From Alkalibaculum bacchi (GTDB taxonomy: Bacteria; Bacillota; Clostridia; Eubacteriales; Alkalibacteraceae): a stretch of 64,000 bases of DNA. The stretch covers positions 10,476 to 74,475 of the forward strand of contig NZ_CALNCS010000021.1 in the NCBI RefSeq assembly GCF_937875145.1, given 5' to 3'. How positions within the stretch are numbered: position 1 is the stretch's first letter; the number at the start of each line of letters is the position of its first letter. Positions 33,721-42,005 of this stretch are shown here, piece after piece. The notes beneath the pieces are model-generated. The model worked only from the letters and a program-made list of their open reading frames with translations, made no database searches and was not told the DNA's origin. The position numbers and the translations under genes were made by a program.

Positions 33721-34326
33721 ATGAAAATAGCAGCGTTGACAGGAGCAGGTGTTTCTAAGGCTAGTGGAGTGCCTACATTTGTAGAGATGGGCGACTTAAG
33801 AGACAAGCTTAGCAGAAGTTATTATAATAGCCATCCGATAGAGTTTTATCAAATACTCAATGGCATGAGAACTGTAACAGAAGCCGCAAACCCAAATCCA
33901 GCCCATATTGCACTAGCTAAAAAACATATTCCCATTGTAACCATGAATATTGACGGTCTTCATCATAAAGCGGGAAGTACAGAAGAAGAAGTCATAGAGA
34001 TACACGGTAGTCTTCGAAAGGTGTACTGTCCTAAATGTAGTAAATGGTATCCTTTTTCTGTAACAGAAGAGTCTATTAAATGCGGTAAATGTACAGATGT
34101 AATATTACAACCAGACATTGTACTTTATGGCGATAATATACCTAGGCTTCAAGATTCCATAAATTTGGTTTCAAACGTTGATTTGCTACTCGTCATAGGA
34201 ACGTCCTTTTACACTTCAACTGCTACTTATGTAAGTGAAGCGGCTAAAAGTGCTGGGGTAAAGGTAGAGATAATCAATGAAAATGCAGAAGAACTCATTC
34301 CAAAATTTTTAAATCAGATAAGGTGA
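33721..34326 (+). CDS. cobB: Sir2/CobB NAD-dependent deacylase
   Basis: TGAGVSKASGVPTF, TMNIDGLH, EIHGS, CxxC..CxxC, IGTS motifs. Confidence 0.88.
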   Translation: MKIAALTGAGVSKASGVPTFVEMGDLRDKLSRSYYNSHPIEFYQILNGMRTVTEAANPNPAHIALAKKHIPIVTMNIDGLHHKAGSTEEEVIEIHGSLRKVYCPKCSKWYPFSVTEESIKCGKCTDVILQPDIVLYGDNIPRLQDSINLVSNVDLLLVIGTSFYTSTATYVSEAAKSAGVKVEIINENAEELIPKFLNQIR

Positions 34327-34333
34327 GCATTTA

Positions 34334-34813
34334 TTGAATATAACAATCATTACAGTAGGTAAAATTAAAGAAAAGTTTTATACACAGGCAATAGAAGAGT
34401 ATAGTAAGAGACTTAGCCGATATTGTACCTTGAAGATAATAGAGGTGCCAGACGAAAAGGCCCCTGAGAATTTAAGCCCAGCAGAGCAACAAGGAATCAT
34501 AGACAAAGAAGGCAAGAAGATTATCGAAAAAATACCAGTATCCTCTACAGTAATCACTATGGAAATTGAAGGAAAGCAATTGACCTCTGTAGATTTTTCT
34601 AAAGAAGTGGAACAATTTGCTATTAATGGTCAAAGCCATCTTTGCTTTATCATAGGTGGATCTCTAGGTTTATCACAAGAAGTAAGGACAATGAGCCGAC
34701 TTAAACTCTCTTTTTCTAAGATGACATTTCCTCATCAGCTCTTTAGAGTAATGTTATTAGAGCAAATTTACAGGGCCTTTCGCATTATGAGAAATGAACC
34801 GTATCATAAGTAA
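34334..34813 (+). CDS. rlmH: 23S rRNA pseudouridine-1915 N3-methyltransferase (OrfX)
   Basis: FIIGGSLG, SKMTFPHQLFRVMLLEQIYRA..EPYHK. Confidence 0.97.
   Translation: MNITIITVGKIKEKFYTQAIEEYSKRLSRYCTLKIIEVPDEKAPENLSPAEQQGIIDKEGKKIIEKIPVSSTVITMEIEGKQLTSVDFSKEVEQFAINGQSHLCFIIGGSLGLSQEVRTMSRLKLSFSKMTFPHQLFRVMLLEQIYRAFRIMRNEPYHK
34796..34813 (+). repeat. att site 1 (rlmH 3' end)
   Basis: GAACCGTATCATAAGTAA. Confidence 0.9.
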
Positions 34814-34872
34814 CGGATAAAAATCTGATGAATCACACATTATTGGTACGATAGAATATTGAGATACAGGGC

Positions 34873-34890
34873 GAACCGTATCATAAGTAA
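34873..34890 (+). repeat. att site 2
   Basis: perfect 18-bp copy GAACCGTATCATAAGTAA, 77 bp downstream of att1. Confidence 0.9.
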
Positions 34891-35288
34891 GTGAGGTTCT
34901 TTATTCTATATAGTAATATTAAAGTGACATGTTTATGTATCAAAAGGAGAACTACCTAAATTAATTATAAAAATAATAAAATTTATCATTGATGTAAAGG
35001 GAATAATAGGGATTAGGAATTTACAATAAAAATGCTATAATGGATTAAGAACTTAGACTAATTCTATTTGTTCAAATTGATCTTTTACTGGTTTTTTTAT
35101 ATTGTTAATACAATTATTTATTGTACAAGTGAAATCAATTCTGGTGATTTCACTTGTTTTTATTTGGGAGTAAATAGGCTTGTGTTAATCACAATTTTAT
35201 TTGGTGAAAATAATGAATGAAAATTAACATTGTGTTAGAATAAATAACTAACAGGAACGTTAGTTCAGTTAGCAGGAGAGGCGTATAA

Positions 35289-36437
35289 ATGATTAAACCA
35301 ATTTCAATTTCTGTTAAAGCAAAATCACATACAAATCAATATAAAATGCATAAATACTTTGCAAGAAGACCCTACAATGTTTTTCAGAATTTAATTAAGC
35401 ACTATACTAAGGAAAACGATCTAGTGCTAGATGTCTTTTGTGGGGGTGGAGTAACTGTTTTCGAAAGTGTCGCAATGAATAGAAGATCTATTGGAGTTGA
35501 TTTGAATCCTTTAGCAACTTTTATATCAAAAATGCAACTAAAAAAAGTTAATATATCTACTTTAAAAGTATTGGGAAATTCGTTTATTAATAATTTAGAA
35601 CAAGAATTATCAAGATATTATGAGTATAATTATAATTGCATAGACTATAAGATTGAATGGATTGAATGGACTTATGAAGTAAGTTGTCCTCTTTGCTCTA
35701 CGACTATTAGATTGGCTGAGCATAATAAAGTAGTATCTCCTAATGGAAAACCTAAAAACGGCTATTATTGTTGTCCGAATCAGTTATGTGGAGGTCATGA
35801 TAGGAGAACAGGGGTAAAGAGAACAGATTGTAAATCTATAGGCAGTCACCCGTTAAGAGTGAAGATTAGTAATGGTGAAGAGACAGTGGTTATTGACTTA
35901 TCCGATGAGGAAGCTAGCTTTATTAAATCACAAAGGTATACACATCTCATAGAAGAATCTATGGTAATACCTGATGATGAAATACCTCTAAACTGGGATA
36001 GAACTCATGAAGATAAATTAATTGAAAAAGGAGTCTATCGGTTTAGCGATCTATATACAGAAAGAAACTTTATTTTAAATGTTATTATATTCAACAGAAT
36101 TTTAGCGTTGAAAGGCCAAATTGATAATGACATAGTTGACTGTATATATTTTGCGTTCAGTTCCTCATTAAGGTATACAAATAAAATGTCTCGTGTTACA
36201 GAAAATTGGGAGAACGGTAATCCTACTTCTATGGATAAGCATGCATATTGGTTGCCTAATGTTTATATTGAAGCAAATGTTATAGAAAAGTTTAAGGATC
36301 GCTTCAATGTTATATTGAAAGGATTAACATACACAAATGAAAAAATACCATTCGGTTCTAATTTAATATCCGTTAAAGAGTCAATTAATGTGTGTCATAT
36401 TGGTAGCTTAAATGCCAGTATACTACATCTTAGGTAG
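35289..36437 (+). pseudogene. amino-DNA methyltransferase with Zn-ribbon, C-terminally truncated
   Basis: MHKYFARRP, LDVFCGGG (SAM motif), CPLC..CPNQLC; no DPPY-type catalytic motif; last ~18 aa are RadC-derived. Confidence 0.75.
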
Positions 36438-36634
36438 GTGATAAAATCAGCAATTTTAACTAATCCTGCATTAATAATCATCCATCAGAGCTGATCGAAC
36501 CAAGTAAAGAAGATATTGTGATTACAAGGAGATTATCTGATGCAGGCGAGATCATGAGCAAAGACGTTCTTGACCACATCATAGTGGGTGGTGAATCATT
36601 TGTTTCATTGAAAGAAAAAGGTTATTGCATTTGA
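36381..36634 (+). pseudogene. RadC/JAB domain remnant
   Basis: HIGSLNASILHLR*VIKSAIL.. then, in a shifted frame, NHPS..PSKEDIVITRRL..LDHIIVG..SLKEKG. Confidence 0.8.
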
Positions 36635-36649
36635 AAGGAGTAAAAAACA

Positions 36650-36944
36650 GTGAGAACAACAAAAAGTACGATAAAAACTGAAGTTACTTATGACGGCGAA
36701 ATGAAAAACAAGTATCTTATTAGGAAAGAGTGGATCATGTATTATTGCAGCTGGAAGAGGAGTAGAAACAAACAAAAAAGCTGTTGAATGCTTGAATATG
36801 ATATTAGCCATATTGCTAGATAAAAAAGCAAGTATTCTTCAAATAAAAGTGGCTTTTGGTCGAAAAGGTTTCCACCCTCTTTATTCTGAGGTGAAACATC
36901 AATCGAAACTAGTAGCGTATGAAGAAAGCCATAATGTAAAGTAA
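36650..36944 (+). pseudogene. DUF1643-like protein remnant with internal deletion
   Basis: AAAGGAG RBS; MRTTKSTIKTEVTYD..KYLIRKEW then, in a shifted frame, IIAAGRG...GFHPLY. Confidence 0.65.
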
Positions 36945-36971
36945 TGATATTATATTGAAAGGAATCACGCC

Positions 36972-37305
36972 ATGTTTAGTATCGAACAATTGATTAATTT
37001 TATAGAAAAGAAATTTGGTGTAGCAGTTGAATTAAATGCGATAGGACGAGAGACGGTAATTCTATATCATGAAGAACTAGATGAGGAACTCATTTCAGGT
37101 GATGTGTTGCAAATCTTACCGAATCCAGTTTCATTTCACACATATATATAATGAAGAAAAATCAGAGTGGATTATCGGTATTGCCTATAAAGAAGGTACT
37201 GAGAATCCACTCTTTTTAGTTTGCCTGAATTATAATGCAGATGGAACTACACCGTTGAAATGTACAATTGTAAGATTAAGTAATGAATCTAAAGCACTCT
37301 TTTGA
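36972..37305 (+). pseudogene. hypothetical gene frameshifted in a (TA)n run
   Basis: MFSIEQLINF...FHTYI* then YNEEKSEWIIGIAY.. in the next frame at 37143-37150. Confidence 0.55.
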
Positions 37306-37542
37306 TCCTAAAAAATGACAGTATCGTCACTATCGAAATTACATTTTAATAATGGCGATACTGTCAATAGAAAAGGACAAAAGATTCTAGGAAGTTTACA
37401 ATGCTCTCTTAAGAGAGTTCCTAACGAAATACAATCAAATCTTGTAGAAGAACAATCGAGATTTCAAACATATATTATTACTTTGATAGACCCTATAGGA
37501 CAAAACCTTTAGGGTCTATATATTTTGATAGGAGTGGTATAT

Positions 37543-37881
37543 ATGACAAAGATTTCAGACTCAATAGTAGAAATCCTAAGAGAAGAACTAGAGCAACATG
37601 ATTCATTAGGGGACTATAGTCAATGGGTACTAGGAGTAAGCATCATAAAGAAAGGAGCAGACCAAATCTACATTGCAAGAGTAGCAGTAAAAACGAATGA
37701 GTCCCCCTATGTGGACGGAATGGATATTTTCTTCATGGAAGCAGAGGATGAGGTAGTAATAGAAGTAAACTATTTTGAGAAAACGCCAGTTTTTAATGGT
37801 GGAACAGTAGAAGATTGTATTACATGGCTTAAAGAGTTAAATGACATCTGCTATCTTCAGTTACAAGATCCATATCAGTAG
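37543..37881 (+). CDS. hypothetical protein
   Basis: AGGAG RBS, 112-aa acidic ORF. Confidence 0.65.
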   Translation: MTKISDSIVEILREELEQHDSLGDYSQWVLGVSIIKKGADQIYIARVAVKTNESPYVDGMDIFFMEAEDEVVIEVNYFEKTPVFNGGTVEDCITWLKELNDICYLQLQDPYQ

Positions 37882-38044
37882 AATGACTTTAATAGGAGCA
37901 AAATGTCTGGGCTCAAATAGAAACTAATAAAACAACAGAAGGTATTGATCCCTTAACATTAGGTCAAAAGTTTTATGATATTAAAGAACTAATTTGTCAA
38001 TAGGTACATCGATCATGATAGCAGCTTACAAGGGAGGATAAAAA

Positions 38045-38407
38045 ATGATAGAAATAGCATATTTAAAAGAAAAAGAAAAGATACATTCTTTACCTCAAGA
38101 GGTACAAGAGGCAATAATTGAGATTCTTCAAATACTAGACTTAGGATATGGAGAAGAGAGAGATAAATACAATGATGATGGAGGATATGTTCTAGTAGTA
38201 GAAAGTGAAGATGACCTTTTAATAATAAAGGAGGAACTCTATATTGATTATGACGATATTATTGCCGAATATATAAATACGATAGTATGTGGTAATGGTG
38301 AGGTATATACCAATGTTTTGATGATCTGTAGCGATAATTATGCAATATCATTAATAATGCCGATGAGACTAATGCCAAAGAATTTAATAGACCAAATGGA
38401 AGAATGA
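38045..38407 (+). CDS. hypothetical protein (island-associated)
   Basis: GGGAGG RBS, 120-aa ORF followed by a hairpin. Confidence 0.75.
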   Translation: MIEIAYLKEKEKIHSLPQEVQEAIIEILQILDLGYGEERDKYNDDGGYVLVVESEDDLLIIKEELYIDYDDIIAEYINTIVCGNGEVYTNVLMICSDNYAISLIMPMRLMPKNLIDQMEE

Positions 38408-38451
38408 CAGCCTTAATTTCCACAATGTGGTGATTAAGGCTATTTTTTATG
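38407..38451 (+). terminator. hairpin copy A
   Basis: AGCCTTAAT..ATTAAGGCT-ATTTTTTATG. Confidence 0.75.
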
Positions 38452-38490
38452 GAACTATACATGTCAGAATATATGGAAGGAGGAATAACT

Positions 38491-38580
38491 ATGAGATGGT
38501 TTATAAGTGGAATTGTAGCTGGAGTATCTATTTGCGTGTTAGTTGAAACTGTAGATTTAGCTAATACAGTAACGTATTAA
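38491..38580 (+). CDS. 29-aa hydrophobic small protein
   Basis: AAGGAGGA RBS; MRWFISGIVAGVSICVLVETVDLANTVTY. Confidence 0.5.
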   Translation: MRWFISGIVAGVSICVLVETVDLANTVTY

Positions 38581-38603
38581 TAAAAGAGAAAGGATTGATA
38601 AAG

Positions 38604-38747
38604 GTGATATCTTATATAACAGTTACAACAGCTCAAGCTATAGAACTATTTACAAGTGGTCTTATCTTAGGTATGACAGCATATGAGACAGCTAAGAGAA
38701 AGAAATTACAGACAACAACAAATAAAGCTACTAAAACTATTATATGA
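38604..38747 (+). CDS. 47-aa small protein
   Basis: AAAGGA RBS, GTG start; MISYITVTTAQAIELFTSGLILGMTAYETAKRKKLQ.. Confidence 0.45.
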   Translation: MISYITVTTAQAIELFTSGLILGMTAYETAKRKKLQTTTNKATKTII

Positions 38748-38768
38748 GCCAACAAGCTCTATCAAAAA

Positions 38769-38810
38769 GCCTCAATCTCTCATATTAGGGAGATTGAGGC
38801 AGTTTTTATG
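38769..38810 (+). terminator. hairpin copy B
   Basis: GCCTCAATCTC/GAGATTGAGGC-AGTTTTTATG. Confidence 0.7.
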
Positions 38811-38830
38811 TGAAAACAAAGGGAAAGGGG

Positions 38831-39281
38831 ATGAATACAATTAATACAAGAAAACCCAGAAAGTTAATAGATATAGTTAAGATAAAACTCTGTAAAGAAG
38901 GAAGTGTCTTATATGAACCTAGAAAGATAAGCTCCCCTAGTGATGTAGTTAGCTTATGTAGAAGATTTCAAGATGATTTCAATATCATTAGATGCGAAAA
39001 ATCAGCCAACAAATGTAAGTGTCGTAAGCATAGGAACATTAAATAGTTCCCTATGTCATCCAAGAGAAATATTCAAGGTAGCGATCATATCCAATGCAAA
39101 TAGTATTATTATTAGCCACAATCATCCATCAGGAGATCCTAATCCTAGTAAAGAAGATATTAGTATAACCTCTAGGTTAGAAGAAGTAGGTAGTCTGATG
39201 GGAATTCCAATCTTAGACCATATAATAATTGGTGGAGAAGGTCTATATTTTAGTTTTAAAGAAAATGATATGCTTAAATAG
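38831..39281 (+). pseudogene. RadC/JAB-domain protein, frameshifted
   Basis: RKLIDIVKIKLCKEGS..ISSPSDV in one frame, SLDAKNQP..HPREIFK..HNHPSGDPNPSKED..LDHIII in another; break near 38970-38980. Confidence 0.85.
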
Positions 39282-39452
39282 TAAAGTAAAAGTTAGATGG
39301 TACAAATTATGTATGGGAAATTACAATGTAAAAATCATTGAATAATACAGAGGATAATTCTATTCAAAATTGATGAATTTATATAATTAAAGGTGTGATA
39401 ACAAAATCAGTCTGATCAAGAAATCTAAATTTTTAAATCTAGGAAATACATA

Positions 39453-39495
39453 ACAGCCTTAATTACCAAAGATGGTGATTAAGGCTGTTTTTATG
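39453..39495 (+). terminator. hairpin copy C
   Basis: ACAGCCTTAATTACCA/TGGTGATTAAGGCTGT-TTTTATG. Confidence 0.75.
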
Positions 39496-39545
39496 TAAAA
39501 AATACTTTGTGCTAGAAAAGTCTATAGAAGGGGATATATTGCATA

Positions 39546-39863
39546 ATGGAATATAAATTTAACGGTTCTAGGTATGTAACTAGGGGAATAAGTTTAGGGA
39601 TACCATCGGCATTAGTAATGTATTTGTGGGGGATTATAGAAGAGAGGAAAAAGAATAAAGGAGTACCAATGGATTATTTACAAATATTTAAATTAAAGTC
39701 AGAAAGAAAGAACAGAAAAAGAAATCTGATCATAACGTTGAGTCAAGAACAGCCACCATATGAGGAAGTCCATATTATAAGTAAATTTAGTGATATAACA
39801 GAAAAGATCTATGTGATAGACGATATAGATCATGTGACAATGCTATTGCCAGAGGAATATTAG
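39546..39863 (+). CDS. DUF960 family protein
   Basis: RYVTRGI..MDYLQIFKL..QEQP..KIYVIDD...TMLLPEEY. Confidence 0.85.
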   Translation: MEYKFNGSRYVTRGISLGIPSALVMYLWGIIEERKKNKGVPMDYLQIFKLKSERKNRKRNLIITLSQEQPPYEEVHIISKFSDITEKIYVIDDIDHVTMLLPEEY

Positions 39864-40085
39864 GTGCATCTAATATATACAATCAAGTAGCGACTATATA
39901 TGGTTGCTATTTTTTTGGCTATTATATGTACTGTGAATAAAAAAACGATTTATTTAGTGATCTTGCATACATCATTAAAATTAGTAGAAATATGAGTAGT
40001 AAGAATATAAGAAACATTTTCACTAAAAGATATTTACAGATGGTACAATAAAAGCAAATATATCTTTGTAGATGAGGTGGAATAG

Positions 40086-40862
40086 ATGGAAACATTCAGT
40101 AAAAATAATATAATAGAATTAGCAAGAGGTAAAAAAGATACATATTATGAAGAGCGGACACTTAATAATCATCTAGATAAGATTCTTGAGTTTTTAGATT
40201 CTAAAAGAGTTCAAAGAATATTAAATAGAAATTCTGATGGATCAGGGATTGATTTATTTCTTAAAGAACTTAACTTTAGTCCGACTAGAAGTAATGAGAA
40301 TAAAGGTTCATTCCAATTCAATCTTACTACTACAATATTTCTAGCCTTATTATTAATAACATATGACGAGCCCTATTTCGAACAATTACTGAACGGGAAA
40401 TTTGTATTAGTAGATGATGGTGATGAGTGGATAGCTAAATTATCACATGTACTAGAACTTTTTAAAACAGATTGGGAGCGTTCAACAGGAAATACAGATC
40501 GTAATAGAGTACAAACGTTTAAAAATAGAAGCTGGGAAAACGTTAGTATCAATATAATGAGTCAACTATATCGTTTTACTTTACCAGAAATAAATGAAGA
40601 ACTCGTAGAAGACATGGTAAAGCAAGTACAAGGGATTATTGAAAAATTCTTAGCAATGGGAGATAAATCAAAAATTGATGCTTATGAATACATGAAGAGT
40701 AGACTTGATTACATTGATAAAAAAATTATTGGACGAATCGTAGATGAAATGGATGGTATAGAAAAACTAGTGTACAACACAAATCTAAAGTTAAATCATA
40801 ATGAGTACACACTACTGGATTATCTGAAAGAATTTAATGTAATAGAAAAAATAGAGCCATAA
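40086..40862 (+). CDS. hypothetical protein
   Basis: GAGGTG RBS, 258-aa ORF, no family recognised. Confidence 0.75.
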   Translation: METFSKNNIIELARGKKDTYYEERTLNNHLDKILEFLDSKRVQRILNRNSDGSGIDLFLKELNFSPTRSNENKGSFQFNLTTTIFLALLLITYDEPYFEQLLNGKFVLVDDGDEWIAKLSHVLELFKTDWERSTGNTDRNRVQTFKNRSWENVSINIMSQLYRFTLPEINEELVEDMVKQVQGIIEKFLAMGDKSKIDAYEYMKSRLDYIDKKIIGRIVDEMDGIEKLVYNTNLKLNHNEYTLLDYLKEFNVIEKIEP

Positions 40863-41121
40863 GAAGCTCTGTTTTTTTGTACACAAAAATATATTGTTGT
40901 CAATGAAAACTTTTATTCATTTTCTGCATCATTCCCTTCATTTCAATCAAAATCTTGATACACTATAATGTTTATAAGAGGTGGCCGCCTTTTGAAAATA
41001 GCTAGTAGTTTAAGGACGTATTCCTTACTTTCAGAAAACACTGCTGATGAAAAAAGGAATAAGGAAAATAAATACTTACGGGTGCGTTCAACTGCCCCTA
41101 AGTAAAACGGAGGAATTATTG

Positions 41122-41637
41122 ATGATCCAAGATACCAAAACAATTTTTACGCCAAATTATCAAGTCAATTTATCACTAAAAGATTATTGTGGATTTAAAT
41201 ATGGGTCCCAAGATAGATGGAAAAAAGAATTACCAGAAGATATTATATCTACAGAAATTTCATCAATAACTGTAGCTGTTGAATTAGATGATAAGTTGAT
41301 AGTTGATGGAAAAGATTGGAGAGCAGGTATAAGTCAACTAAATTTAATTAAAAGTTTAGCTAGAAACGTCAGAAATACAGTCGGTTGTCAAAGTGCACTT
41401 GATATATCAATGAATTGCTTCTTCATAGAACTATTTAACTTTGTTGACAATCCGTATAACACTACTTTCAGTATAACATCTTCTACGATAGAACGTAAGG
41501 TTGATGAAATACTAGAAGGTTTTAAGAGAACCAAAATAGAGATAGCATCTATCTATTTGACTATATATACACATCTTCTGAAAATTCCAAATTTTGGTGT
41601 AGTAAGTGTACTAGAAACATGGGAGGATGTTGCATGA
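41122..41637 (+). CDS. hypothetical protein, first gene of replication operon
   Basis: GGAGG RBS before ATG 41122; stop overlaps the next start (ATGA). Confidence 0.7.
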   Translation: MIQDTKTIFTPNYQVNLSLKDYCGFKYGSQDRWKKELPEDIISTEISSITVAVELDDKLIVDGKDWRAGISQLNLIKSLARNVRNTVGCQSALDISMNCFFIELFNFVDNPYNTTFSITSSTIERKVDEILEGFKRTKIEIASIYLTIYTHLLKIPNFGVVSVLETWEDVA

Positions 41638-41993
41638 AGATTACTGTTAATCGAGGATATAAAACCATAGACGAAGGCGTTTATGTATTAACCATTAAAG
41701 TTTTATCGCAAGACAACAGTAATAGGAATTATATTAAACTAACCTTAGAAGATGACGAAGGGTTGCTAGCTTTTGATCGAATCTTTTTGGAGTTAGAGGA
41801 AGGAACAAAACTAGGAGAATTAGTAAAAGCCGTAACTGGTGAAATTCCAGCAGTAATTGAAGATTTAACTTCTGTATTAATAGGGGCTAAAGTAGGAGTA
41901 GAAATTAAAGTAAATTACTCTGAAAAGTCCAATAGATATTATAGCAACATTGTTGAATACTTCTCAGAAGACTGTATTGTATATGAAGAGTAG
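41634..41993 (+). CDS. putative OB-fold single-stranded DNA-binding protein (DUF669-like)
   Basis: GGGAGG RBS; EGVYVLTI..IKLTL..LIGAKVGVEI..YYSNIVEYF pattern. Confidence 0.55.
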   Translation: MKITVNRGYKTIDEGVYVLTIKVLSQDNSNRNYIKLTLEDDEGLLAFDRIFLELEEGTKLGELVKAVTGEIPAVIEDLTSVLIGAKVGVEIKVNYSEKSNRYYSNIVEYFSEDCIVYEE

Positions 41994-42005
41994 GGGGTAT
42001 CAAGC

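Noticed and set aside
33721..34326. Sir2 as an anti-phage effector next to the island
   Set aside because: Short CobB-type enzyme with a Zn motif, directly upstream of rlmH and outside the att sites.
37315..37512. 65-aa ORF
   Set aside because: No clear RBS or recognisable motif; cannot be supported as a gene.
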